A program made the position numbers and the translations under genes. A model generated the notes under the pieces. It was not told the DNA's origin. It searched no databases and was given only the letters and a program-made list of their open reading frames with translations. DNA of 64,000 nt from an uncultured Verrucomicrobiae bacterium (GTDB lineage Bacteria; Verrucomicrobiota; Verrucomicrobiia; Chthoniobacterales; JAFAMB01), in NCBI GenBank assembly GCA_963813025.1, contig CAWEXO010000005.1, forward strand, positions 128,001 through 192,000. The letters run 5' to 3'. This document shows, piece after piece, positions 1 to 8,956 of the stretch (position 1 is its first letter; each line of letters opens with the position of its first letter).

Positions 1-602
1 TGGTCTCGCACATACCGCAGTTTTTCGCGACCGCTCAACTCTCGATGCTGGCAAATGACGGTTGGAGTTTCAGTGAGTTGGGGCAAGCACTCGAACGCGC
101 TGTTTCCACGGCCAGCGATAGTCTGGCCATCACTCACTCGATCTGCCGCCGGCTGCGCGAGGGGCACCTCATCGAGATTGAACTTTCTGCCTTTCTCCGC
201 CTGATGGGAGCCCGCGATCCGTACCGGCGCATTTATCAGAACCGTTCCGAACCCGCTTCGGTACTCGAGCTTTTGTGGCAGAATAAGGAACTCTCGCGTT
301 CGGTCACCTGGTGCTTAAACCGGTGTACTGAGCGTTTGAACGCTTCTCTTCCGCCAAATTCCTCGACGGCTGCGGTCGCTCTAAATTTTCTGGAAGCTCT
401 CCGTCAGCGGATCCGGCGAATCGATTGGTACAGTTTTTTCGCGGGGGCAGAGGATAGCGGATTGCGCGCGGTCCACGAGGAACAACTGGTGGAGCTCCTG
501 CAGGCTCTCTTGTTCGATACGGGTCAGGTGCACCATGTGATCGCCGACAACTTCCTCAATCACCAGAAGGCCATCTCCGATCCGGAACCGATGCTGTTGT
601 AG
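1..602 (+). CDS. Alpha-E domain (DUF403-like) protein, 5' truncated by window edge
   Basis: ORF with 'GWSFSELGQALERA', 'AFLRLMGARDPYRRIY', 'VLELLWQNKELSRSV' motifs typical of the alpha-E family; frame appears open to window start. Confidence 0.75.
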   Translation, partial: VSHIPQFFATAQLSMLANDGWSFSELGQALERAVSTASDSLAITHSICRRLREGHLIEIELSAFLRLMGARDPYRRIYQNRSEPASVLELLWQNKELSRSVTWCLNRCTERLNASLPPNSSTAAVALNFLEALRQRIRRIDWYSFFAGAEDSGLRAVHEEQLVELLQALLFDTGQVHHVIADNFLNHQKAISDPEPMLL

Positions 603-614
603 TGATCAGCTGGA

Positions 615-684
615 CAACTGACAGTCAATCGAGCGGTGGGAGCGGTGGGAGCGGTTTCAGCGAGTGGATGTAGCGCCAGAGCGG
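615..684. repeat. Left arm of ~70 bp imperfect inverted repeat flanking the four-helix-bundle gene
   Basis: caactgacagtcaatcgagcggtgggagcggtgggagcggtttcagcgagtggatgtagcgccagagcgg resembles the reverse complement of 1195-1264. Confidence 0.85.
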
Positions 685-1099
685 TTGGAGAGCGCAGCTG
701 GTTTGTCGTTGGGAGGCAATGTCTTCTCGTGCTTAGCGGGTTCGATTTTGGACAGGGCAGTTCGTCGGGCAGAGTAAACCATGGCGCTTATTTCGCTCGC
801 GCGTTCGCTGGCGCCGCGGATTTTTGGTGAGACCAAAGTTTTGGATTCTTGCAGAAGCTCGAGCCAGAAAACGCTTTCATCGATCTCTTCTAAAACGACG
901 CCAAGTTTGGCGATGAACTCGGGTTTGGACCGGGCTCTTCTCGTCGAGCGGTAATTTGCTCCGGCGGATGTCGCGGACCGAACAAGTTGATGCGAAATTA
1001 TTTTGCCCGCACAACTGTTTGGTAGTCCGGCAAAAGAGCCATCACTTCCAAGGCAAACTGTTTCGTTTTGTTCAAAAGCGGAGAGCTAGAGTCGTTCAT
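657..1099 (-). pseudogene. Four helix bundle protein (23S rRNA IVS protein/TIGR02436-like) with one frameshift
   Basis: Manual translation: MNDSSSPLLNKTKQFALEVMA then, after a 1-nt shift near 1030 (CTTTTG), FAGLPNSCAGKIISHQLVRSATSAGANYRSTRRARSKPEFIAKLGVVLEEIDESVFWLELL...; missing from the ORF track. Confidence 0.85.
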
Positions 1100-1194
1100 G
1101 CGATCCTTATAAGTGAGATTGTATAACATAACAATAACAAATATTGTATCTTTATCCCGACGGACTTGCATGGGCATCAGCTGGTCAATTTCAG

Positions 1195-1264
1195 CCGCTC
1201 TCGCGCTACATCCCTCCGCTGAACCCGCTCCCGCCGCTCCCTCCGCTCAGTTGACTGTCAACTG
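1195..1264. repeat. Right arm of ~70 bp imperfect inverted repeat
   Basis: Reverse complement cagttgacagtcaactgagcggagggagcggcgggagcgggttcagcggagggatgtagcgcgagagcgg aligns with 615-684. Confidence 0.85.
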
Positions 1265-1292
1265 GACAACGGTTTACCTGTTACAATTTCCC

Positions 1293-3179
1293 ATGACCTC
1301 TCTGGCGTTTTGTCGTCGTGCTCTGGCTGATCGTGATGAATTCTGGTCTGGCCAGGCTCGCGCCATTCACTGGCAACGGTCGTTCGAGAAAGTCTGCGAT
1401 TTCTCCAATCCGCCGTTTGTTCGCTGGTTTGCCGGGGGCTTGACAAACCTGAGCTATAACGCAGTTGACCGGCATCTGGACCAACGTGGAAACCAACCAG
1501 CTATTTATTACCTATCAACTGAGGTAAACGAAGAAAAGGCGTTCTCCTTCAACGAGCTATACCAAGAGATAAATCGATTCGCGGCCGTGCTCCAAAGCCT
1601 TGGCCTTCAGCGCGGCGATCGCGTCGTCATTTATCTGCCGATGATCCCGGAAGCCGCCTTTGCCATGCTCGCTTGCATTCGGCTAGGCCTCATTCATTCC
1701 GTCGTTTTTGCCGGATTCGCGCCAGCGAGCTTGGCTGCCCGGATCGATGACGCTGAAGCCAGGCTTGTCATCACCGCCGACGCGGCCCTGCGCGGCGGCA
1801 AGATCATTCCTTTGAAGCGCTTGGTCGACGAAGCCGTTGAGCTGGCAAAACGTCCTCCGGTTAATGTTCTGGTCTGCGATCGCGGGGTTGAACAAATCAA
1901 GTGGCATCGGGAGCGCGACCACGATTACGCCTCACTCCGCGAGCGGTTTTCCGAGACGCGAATCCCGCCAGTCTGGCTGGAAAGTGGAGAGACCAGCTAT
2001 CTTCTTTACACTTCGGGAACAACAGCCCAACCCAAAGGCATCCAGCGCGATACTGGCGGTTACGCCGTGGCTTTGGCGATGACAATGCGTTATCTGTTCG
2101 CCGGCAAGCCCGGTGAGACAATGTTCACCGCTGCGGACGTGGGCTGGGCGGTTGGGCATTCTTACGGAGTTTACGGCCCGTTGCTGCAAGGGATGAGTAC
2201 GGTTCTGTACGAGGGCCTGCCGACAAACCCGGATGGAGCGATCTGGTGGAAAATCGTCGAAAAATATCAGGCCACGGTGATGTTTACTTCACCGACGGCC
2301 ATTCGTGTCCTGAAACGGCAAGATCCCGACCTGTTGCACCGGCACAATACCAAGTCTTTGCAAAGGTTGTATCTTGCGGGCGAACCGCTGGACGAACCGA
2401 CCTGGCGATGGATCACCGAGGCGCTCGGCATCCCGGTTATCGATAACTATTGGCAAACAGAAACGGGTTGGCCGGTACTCGCGCTGCTACCTGGGTTGGA
2501 AACACCGGCAATCCGGCCGGGATCGCCGGGGATAGCCATGCCCGGGTATGATGCAAAGATCGTTCACCCCGATACCGGTGAACCGCTGCCTCGCGGTGAG
2601 AAAGGTGTGCTGGCGTTTGATCTTCCCTTACCGCCTGGATGCATGCCGACGGTTTGGAAACGTGACGAAGTATTCCGCAACCACTACTGCAGCCAGTTTC
2701 CGGGCAAACTCCTCTACTCTACCTTCGACTACGCACTGCAGGACGATGATGGTTATTTCTTTCTCCTGGGCCGGTCGGATGACGTGATCAATGTCTCGGG
2801 ACATCGCCTGGGAACACGCGAGATCGAGGAAACGGTGGCGTCTCATCCAGCAGTGGCGGAAGCGGCCGCGGTCGGCGCCAGCGATGACCTCAAAGGCCAG
2901 GCCGTGCACTGCTTCGTTGTTCTGAAGGCAAAAGAAGAAAGCGATACGGGCGACATCAGAAAGGAAATCTCGGATATCATAGTCGGGCGCCTGGGAGCTT
3001 TTGCTCGCCCGTCTATGGTGTACCTGGTTAAGGGCTTGCCAAAAACCCGTTCCGGAAAAATCTTGCGCCGGGCGATTCTGGCCATTGCTGAGGGCCGGAA
3101 CCCAGGCGACCTAAGCACCCTGGAAGACCCAGTCGCGTTGGAGGCAATTCGCCACCTGATCGAAGTCGCCACTGGCTGA
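1293..3179 (+). CDS. prpE: Propionate--CoA ligase (acyl-CoA synthetase)
   Basis: AMP-binding YTSGTTAQPKG, DNYWQTETG, PKTRSGKILRR; 'PKGIQRDTGGYAVAL' is PrpE-like; 628 aa from ATG 1293. Confidence 0.88.
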   Translation: MTSLAFCRRALADRDEFWSGQARAIHWQRSFEKVCDFSNPPFVRWFAGGLTNLSYNAVDRHLDQRGNQPAIYYLSTEVNEEKAFSFNELYQEINRFAAVLQSLGLQRGDRVVIYLPMIPEAAFAMLACIRLGLIHSVVFAGFAPASLAARIDDAEARLVITADAALRGGKIIPLKRLVDEAVELAKRPPVNVLVCDRGVEQIKWHRERDHDYASLRERFSETRIPPVWLESGETSYLLYTSGTTAQPKGIQRDTGGYAVALAMTMRYLFAGKPGETMFTAADVGWAVGHSYGVYGPLLQGMSTVLYEGLPTNPDGAIWWKIVEKYQATVMFTSPTAIRVLKRQDPDLLHRHNTKSLQRLYLAGEPLDEPTWRWITEALGIPVIDNYWQTETGWPVLALLPGLETPAIRPGSPGIAMPGYDAKIVHPDTGEPLPRGEKGVLAFDLPLPPGCMPTVWKRDEVFRNHYCSQFPGKLLYSTFDYALQDDDGYFFLLGRSDDVINVSGHRLGTREIEETVASHPAVAEAAAVGASDDLKGQAVHCFVVLKAKEESDTGDIRKEISDIIVGRLGAFARPSMVYLVKGLPKTRSGKILRRAILAIAEGRNPGDLSTLEDPVALEAIRHLIEVATG

Positions 3180-3183
3180 GTTG

Positions 3184-3221
3184 CTGATGACCGATGACCA
3201 CTGACCCATGACCGATGACGA
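3184..3221. repeat. Degenerate heptamer tandem repeat (CGATGAC-like)
   Basis: ctgatgac cgatgac cactgac ccatgac cgatgac immediately after the prpE stop. Confidence 0.7.
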
Positions 3222-3295
3222 CTCGCGCAGCGCTGTCAGGACATTGCAAAGAAGGAAGAATCAAGCTTTCTGATCTTTTGCACTACTGTCCGTGA

Positions 3296-3395
3296 AAATG
3301 TTGTTTTCCTGCGAGGATTTACGAGGAGCTGAACAGTTTGAAGATTGACCGGCAAGATGCCGGTATCACGGTGGAAAAGTGGCACAGGCTTCCAG
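3296..3395. repeat. ~100 bp dispersed repeat ending in GTGGCACAGGCTTCCAG (REP-like)
   Basis: Close copy at 43757-43862. Confidence 0.85.
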
Positions 3396-3750
3396 GGTCT
3401 GTCGGACTTTGGCCAATCTGTAGCTCGCGCAATCGAGCTAAGGTTCGAGACATGTCCCAAAGCGTCTTTGGTCCTGCGCCGGTAGGGCGAAAATTTATTC
3501 GAGCCTTAGCGAGAACTTGTTTGAGCCGTCTTCAGTGTGACCTGCCGCAGCGCCCGGCTCGAACGAGTCTTCGCCGAAAGGCTCAGATGAATTCTCGCCC
3601 TACCGATTTTGGGATGTTGCGAGACATTCTCTAAATTTTCGCCCTACCGCCACAAGACAGTGCGGCATTCTGAGACGATCTCTAACCGCTCGGGCGACCA
3701 ATCGCTTGGGTGGCGTGCTACAGATTTCCAAAGTCCGACAAGTCCTGGAA
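3390..3750. mobile_element. MITE-like composite repeat with terminal inverted repeats, containing a GTAGGGCGAAAAT REP doublet
   Basis: TTCCAGGGTCTGTCGGACTTTGG ... CCAAAGTCCGACAAGTCCTGGAA; 3395-3709 nearly identical to 39892-40203; related copy at 24551-24917. Confidence 0.8.
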
Positions 3751-3751
3751 G

Positions 3752-3862
3752 GCGGGTGCTCTGCGCGAAGACGACCCGATCTATCGGATGTACAAGCTGG
3801 CCGAACCAATCGGTGGCAAGGTGACAAACCGCGACATCGACCGGCTGAATTTATGGGGTCTG
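3752..3862 (+). pseudogene. C-terminal remnant of a putative antitoxin
   Basis: AGALREDDPIYRMYKLAEPIGGKVTNRDIDRL directly upstream of and overlapping a PIN gene; 5' part replaced by the MITE. Confidence 0.45.
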
Positions 3863-4266
3863 AAGTCTTAATCGATACGAGTGGCTCCTACGCACAGTTG
3901 GATCTCAAGGATTCGACACATGAAAATGAAGGCGTGGTTGATTGCTCACCGCCCAGCGTTTGTAGCCGTGACGACAGAATGGATAATAGGAGAGACGTGT
4001 ACGCTTCTGGTTGCCCGGCGTGTTCCGCATTTGATCGACCGTTTCTCGATCAACTCGCTGAGAGTACGGCTCTGCGGACGATCAATCCGATATGGATCTG
4101 TTAGACCAGACAAAATCGTTTCTACGGAAGCACGCGAATCATGGTTATTCGTTTGTGGATTGTCTGAGTTTTTGCGTAATGAAAAGCCGCCGAATCTCGG
4201 AAGCGCTCACCACGGGACGCGCATTTTCGCAAAGCCGGCTTTAGCGCTTTGCTCGCGTCAGCCTGA
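3853..4266 (+). pseudogene. PIN-domain (VapC-like) toxin with about four frameshifts
   Basis: Pieces in different frames: MGSEVLIDTSG..., VTTEWIIGETCTLL, GYSFVDCLSFCVMKSRRISEALTT, DAHFRKAGF. Confidence 0.8.
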
Positions 4267-4519
4267 ATCCGTAATTGCGGACAACCTTCTCCGTACAGGG
4301 ATCGTGTCGCACGAGGCCGTGTGTCTTACGCCCGTGAGCTCTCAGCGGCACCACGCGCGCCCCTTATCAATTCGGCAGACTCCTTTATTGTCGACCGCGA
4401 GATACTTGCTCCGCGGAAATACGCTAGAGAAATTGCACTCCCAAGCCCATAAACGATCGCACCGATGCGCGAGCTGAAACAGACTGAAAACCGCACCGGC
4501 CAAGTTTGTCCGCTGGCTG

Positions 4520-5476
4520 GTGCCGCTCTGCGCGCTTGCGACCTTGTTGCCGTGGGTCTCGGGCGCCATGGCGTTAGTGGCTGGTATCGCCGTGACCCTG
4601 CTTTGGGGCAATCCGTACGCCGAGCGTGCAAAGTCGCTCTCGCGCCAATTACTGCAACTCTCGGTCATCGGGTTGGGCGCGGGTATGAAACTCGGCATCA
4701 TTGGCCAAGTGGGTGTGGCTGGCATCGGCTACACCGTAGTGGGATTGTCAGCAACGCTGCTCGTTGGCGCGCTGGTGGGCCGCTTGCTAAGAGTGAGCCG
4801 GGATGTCACGACGCTCATCAGCGCGGGCACGGCGATCTGCGGCGGTAGCGCCATTGCGGCTATCGCACCGGCGATCCGCGCGAAGGCGCATGACATTTCC
4901 GTTTCTCTCGTGGTTGTTTTTGCCCTCAACGCTCTGGCTCTCCTGATTTTTCCTGCTGTCGGCCACGCACTGCGGCTCAGCGAACGGCAGTTCGGGCTCT
5001 GGTGCGCGCTGGCGATTCACGACACCAGTTCGGTCGTGGGTGCGTCGATGGCGTTTGGAAACTGGGCGCTGGAAGTCGCCACGACGGTTAAGCTCGCGCG
5101 TGCACTCTGGATCGTGCCGGTTACTTTCCTGATCGGTGCAATCTGCGGACGGCGAGCCACCCTAGCCGCGGGGCCGGTCTCGGAAGAGAACCGCGGTAAT
5201 CCCGGTGTCGGCGCGCGCCAATATCCTTGGTTCATCCTCGGTTTTCTGGCGATGGCAGCATTTTTCACGGCGTTGCCCTCGCTGCATGCGTTGAGCCGCG
5301 CCATCGCTGCCATCTCCGGTCAGACGCTCGTCGTCACGCTGTTTCTCATCGGCCTTGGCCTTAATCGCGCCGCGCTGCGCGCGGCAGGATTTCGCCCCTT
5401 TCTGCATGGCATCGCGCTTTGGCTGTGTGTCGGCACGGGCACGTTGGCGGCCATCTACGCCGGCTGGATCTCGTAA
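4520..5476 (+). CDS. YeiH/UPF0324 putative sulfate exporter family membrane protein (start uncertain)
   Basis: Multi-TM; GTAICGGSAIAA, AIHDTSSVVGA, ATTVKLARALWI motifs. Confidence 0.88.
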   Translation: MPLCALATLLPWVSGAMALVAGIAVTLLWGNPYAERAKSLSRQLLQLSVIGLGAGMKLGIIGQVGVAGIGYTVVGLSATLLVGALVGRLLRVSRDVTTLISAGTAICGGSAIAAIAPAIRAKAHDISVSLVVVFALNALALLIFPAVGHALRLSERQFGLWCALAIHDTSSVVGASMAFGNWALEVATTVKLARALWIVPVTFLIGAICGRRATLAAGPVSEENRGNPGVGARQYPWFILGFLAMAAFFTALPSLHALSRAIAAISGQTLVVTLFLIGLGLNRAALRAAGFRPFLHGIALWLCVGTGTLAAIYAGWIS

Positions 5477-5675
5477 ACCTCACTTCTCCTGAGAAAGCCC
5501 TTATCGACATTCTCGACCGGCTCGATCCCAAAACATCTCGAGCTTGAATATCGGGCGTCATCTTCAAACTGCCTTCCCCCTTGACAGTGCCCCTGCGCGA
5601 TCCATTAAATAGCCATCCAGTTGTTTACCTGACCGCCCCTCGGCAACACGGCTCGTTGCACAGGAGTCCCCGGAC

Positions 5676-6830
5676 ATGGCAGACCGTCGTATCGGATTGA
5701 TCATGCATGGCGTGACGGGTCGGATGGGGATGAACCAGCACCTCATTCGGTCGATCGTCGCGATCCGCGGCGATGGCGGCGTGCCGCTCCGCAACGGCGA
5801 CCGTCTTATGCCCGACCCGATTATCATCGGTCGCAACCGGGAGAAGTTGGAGGCTCTGGCGAAGCAGCACGGCCTGGAGCGTGTCGGCACCGACCTGGAC
5901 TCGGCTCTCGCTGATCCGCAGAACGAGATCTTCTTCGATGCCGCGACCACGCAGATGCGCGCCTCGCTGCTCCGCAAAGCTATCGGTGCTGGCAAGGCTG
6001 TCTATTGCGAGAAGCCAACCGCGGATAATTTGGCCGATGCGCTGGACGTGGCACGGTTGGCCGAGCGGGCCGGCGTAAAGAACGGTGCTGTGCAGGACAA
6101 GCTGTTTCTGCCGGGGCTGGTGAAGCTCAAAATGGCGATCAACAGCGGATTTTTCGGCAAGTTGCTCTCGGTCCGCGGCGAGTTCGGCTATTGGGTATTC
6201 GAAGGCGACCTGCAGCCCGCCCAGCGCCCGTCCTGGAACTACCAGAAGGCGCAGGGCGGCGGGATGATTCTCGATATGCTCTGCCACTGGCGCTACGTGT
6301 TGGACAACATCTTTGGCGAGACGAAATCCGTGTCGTGTCTCGGCGCCACGCACATCCCGCTGCGCTATGATGAGCAGGGCCGTGAGTATCGCGCTGACGC
6401 AGACGACGCCGCCTACGCGACGTTCGAGCTGGAAAACGGGGTGATCGCGCAGATCAACTCCTCCTGGGTTACACGCGTACGGCGCGACGACCTCCTCACC
6501 TTCCATGTGGATGGCACGCATGGCAGCGCGGTTGCCGGTTTGATGAAGTGCTACACGCAGAGCCGGGTGAACACACCCCGGCCTGTGTGGAGCCCCGACA
6601 CGCCCCAGCCGATCAACTTCTTCGAGGGCTGGGAAGAGATCCCTGACACGCAGGATTATCCGAACGGCTTCCGAGCGCAGTGGGAGCTGTTCCTACGTCA
6701 CTTCGTCGGCGAGGTTGCGGAGTTTCCCTGGAGCTTGTTGTCCGCAGCCAAGGGCGTGCAACTGGCGGAGGCCGCCCTGCAATCCTGGGCCGAGCGCCGC
6801 TGGATTGACCTGCCTGAACTGGAGATATAG
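5676..6830 (+). CDS. Gfo/Idh/MocA family oxidoreductase
   Basis: Rossmann N-terminus (HGVTGRMG), YCEKP, GGGMILDMLCHW. Confidence 0.92.
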   Translation: MADRRIGLIMHGVTGRMGMNQHLIRSIVAIRGDGGVPLRNGDRLMPDPIIIGRNREKLEALAKQHGLERVGTDLDSALADPQNEIFFDAATTQMRASLLRKAIGAGKAVYCEKPTADNLADALDVARLAERAGVKNGAVQDKLFLPGLVKLKMAINSGFFGKLLSVRGEFGYWVFEGDLQPAQRPSWNYQKAQGGGMILDMLCHWRYVLDNIFGETKSVSCLGATHIPLRYDEQGREYRADADDAAYATFELENGVIAQINSSWVTRVRRDDLLTFHVDGTHGSAVAGLMKCYTQSRVNTPRPVWSPDTPQPINFFEGWEEIPDTQDYPNGFRAQWELFLRHFVGEVAEFPWSLLSAAKGVQLAEAALQSWAERRWIDLPELEI

Positions 6831-6833
6831 GTC

Positions 6834-7994
6834 ATGCCCACCATCGCCCTTCCCACCAAAGAAGGCACGCTCGCGCCCTTCACCACAAGCGCACCCCGGC
6901 AGTTTGCTCATGCGACGCCGCCGTTCCCCCGGATCGCGTACGCCGCCGCGCACGTCGTCGTCGATCCGCTGGCCGAGCAGGATCCATGGGTCGAACCTGT
7001 GATCGATTGGGAGCGCACTATCGCTTTCCGTCGATACCTCTGGTCGCTTGGCTTGGGGGTCGCGGAGGCAATGGACACCGCACAACGCGGGATGGGCCTG
7101 GACTGGGCGGGGGCTAAGACCCTGATCCGGCACAGCCTGGATGCGATGCGGGACATGCCTGGCGCCCTGATCGCGAACGGCGCCGGTACCGACCACCTGG
7201 AGGCTGGATCTGACGTCTCTATCGACGATGTCATTCGCGCCTATGAGGAGCAGTGCGAGGCTGTCGAGAGCATGGGCGGGCGGATCATTCTCATGGCGTC
7301 CCGGGCCTTGGCCAAAGCGGCGCGGTCGCCGGCCGACTACGAGCGGGTCTATGCACGCATTCTGTCCCAGGTGCGTCAGCCAGTCATCATTCACTGGTTG
7401 GGCGAGACGTTCGACCCGGCCCTGGAGGGCTACTGGGGCGACCACGACCACATGGAGGCCATGAAGATCGCGCTCGCGGTTATTCATGCCCATGCGGATA
7501 AGGTGGACGGAGTGAAGATCTCGCTGCTGGATGCCAAGAAGGAGATCTCCATGCGCCGCCGCCTGCCCCGAGGCGTGCGGATGTACACCGGGGACGATTT
7601 CAACTACGCCGAGCTGATCGCTGGCGACCAGGAGGGGCACTCCGATGCCCTGCTGGGCATCTTCGACCCGATCGCGCCGGCGGTGGGAGGAGCGCTCGCC
7701 TCGTTGTCTAAGAACGACTTGGCGACGTTTCACGATATCCTGGCGCCGACCGTGCCCTTGTCGCGTCACATCTTTCAGACACCAACCCGGTTCTACAAAA
7801 CGGGCGTTGTATTCCTGGCTTGGCTGAACGGCCACCAGGACCACTTCGTGATGCTCGGCGGACAGCAATCGGCGCGATCCATTCAGCACTTCGCCGAGCT
7901 GTTCCGGCTCGCCGACGAGGCCGGGCTGCTGCAGGATCCAGACCAGGCCGTGAGCCGCATGCGCTCGCTGCTGGCTGTGCACGGGGTGACGTGA
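6834..7994 (+). CDS. DUF993 / dihydrodipicolinate synthase-like family protein
   Basis: AYAAAHVV, GVAEAMDTAQRGMG, VDGVKISLLD, MYTGDDFNY motifs. Confidence 0.88.
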   Translation: MPTIALPTKEGTLAPFTTSAPRQFAHATPPFPRIAYAAAHVVVDPLAEQDPWVEPVIDWERTIAFRRYLWSLGLGVAEAMDTAQRGMGLDWAGAKTLIRHSLDAMRDMPGALIANGAGTDHLEAGSDVSIDDVIRAYEEQCEAVESMGGRIILMASRALAKAARSPADYERVYARILSQVRQPVIIHWLGETFDPALEGYWGDHDHMEAMKIALAVIHAHADKVDGVKISLLDAKKEISMRRRLPRGVRMYTGDDFNYAELIAGDQEGHSDALLGIFDPIAPAVGGALASLSKNDLATFHDILAPTVPLSRHIFQTPTRFYKTGVVFLAWLNGHQDHFVMLGGQQSARSIQHFAELFRLADEAGLLQDPDQAVSRMRSLLAVHGVT

Positions 7995-8818
7995 TGGGAC
8001 TGCCGACGATCGGATCGCTGTCGCTCAACACCGTCACGGTGAAGGAGCAATGGGGCCTGGCTGAGTGCATCGAGGGCTGCGCACGCCACGGCATCCCCGG
8101 AATTTCTCCCTGGCGGGATGTCCTGCAAGCTATGGGCGTGAAGAAAGCGGCACGGCACATCCGCAACGCCGGGCTGGCGGTGTCCGGCCTATGCCGAGGT
8201 GGCATGTTGACTGCGAGCGATGAGGTTGGGCGCCGCGCCGCGATCGCCGACAACCGCCGAGCGATTGATGAGGCGCAGGCGATCGGCGCCGCATGTCTCG
8301 TTATGGTGTGTGGCGGTCTGCCTCCGGGATCGCGGGACTTGTCTGGGAGCCGTCAGATGGTGAAGGACGGGCTGGCGGAAATTCTACCCTATGCGCGATC
8401 CGCCGGAGTAACCATCGGACTAGAGCCTCTTCATCCGATGACCTGCGCCGACCGAAGCGTTCTGTCCACGCTTGGACAGGCGCTCGACTTATGCGACGAG
8501 TTGGGCGAAGGGGTCGGTGTGGCCGTCGATGTATATCACGTCTGGTGGGATCCGGACCTTGCCCGGCAAATGGCACGCAGCGGCCATCGCATCGCCGGCT
8601 TTCACGTGTGCGACTGGCTGGTACCGACCACCGATCTCGTGTTCGACCGCGGCATGCCTGGGGAAGGCGTGATCGACATTCCTGCCATCAGAGCGATGGC
8701 GGAGAACGCCGGCTATCGCGGTGCCGTCGAATGCGAGGTGTTGTCGCGTCGTTGGTGGAGCGAAGATCCCGACCAAGTGCTGTCAATTATCAAGGACCGG
8801 CACGCGACGATGTGCTGA
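7994..8818 (+). CDS. Sugar phosphate isomerase/epimerase (AP endonuclease 2 TIM barrel)
   Basis: LEPLHP, DVYHVWWD, FHVCDW, DRGMPGEG; TGATG overlap with the upstream gene. Confidence 0.88.
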   Translation: MGLPTIGSLSLNTVTVKEQWGLAECIEGCARHGIPGISPWRDVLQAMGVKKAARHIRNAGLAVSGLCRGGMLTASDEVGRRAAIADNRRAIDEAQAIGAACLVMVCGGLPPGSRDLSGSRQMVKDGLAEILPYARSAGVTIGLEPLHPMTCADRSVLSTLGQALDLCDELGEGVGVAVDVYHVWWDPDLARQMARSGHRIAGFHVCDWLVPTTDLVFDRGMPGEGVIDIPAIRAMAENAGYRGAVECEVLSRRWWSEDPDQVLSIIKDRHATMC

Positions 8819-8956
8819 CGTTCGGAGGCACCGAATGCTCCGCCGCTCGGACGGATCACAGAATAGTGTTGGCACCGCAACACCAAGATCTTCCAAAAAG
8901 CGTTGCACATGATTTATTGCCGTTCAGAATCAATGTGAACAAGTCTTCCCCCTCTC

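Noticed and set aside
657..1099. Diversity-generating retroelement (Avd-like protein)
   Set aside because: No reverse transcriptase or adenine-specific TR/VR pair seen in the window
1113..1292. N-terminal extension of PrpE in the ORF track
   Set aside because: Runs through the inverted-repeat arm; ATG 1293 gives a typical length
6693..7982. 429 aa antisense ORF and similar long shadow ORFs
   Set aside because: Opposite to well-supported genes; expected in GC-rich coding DNA
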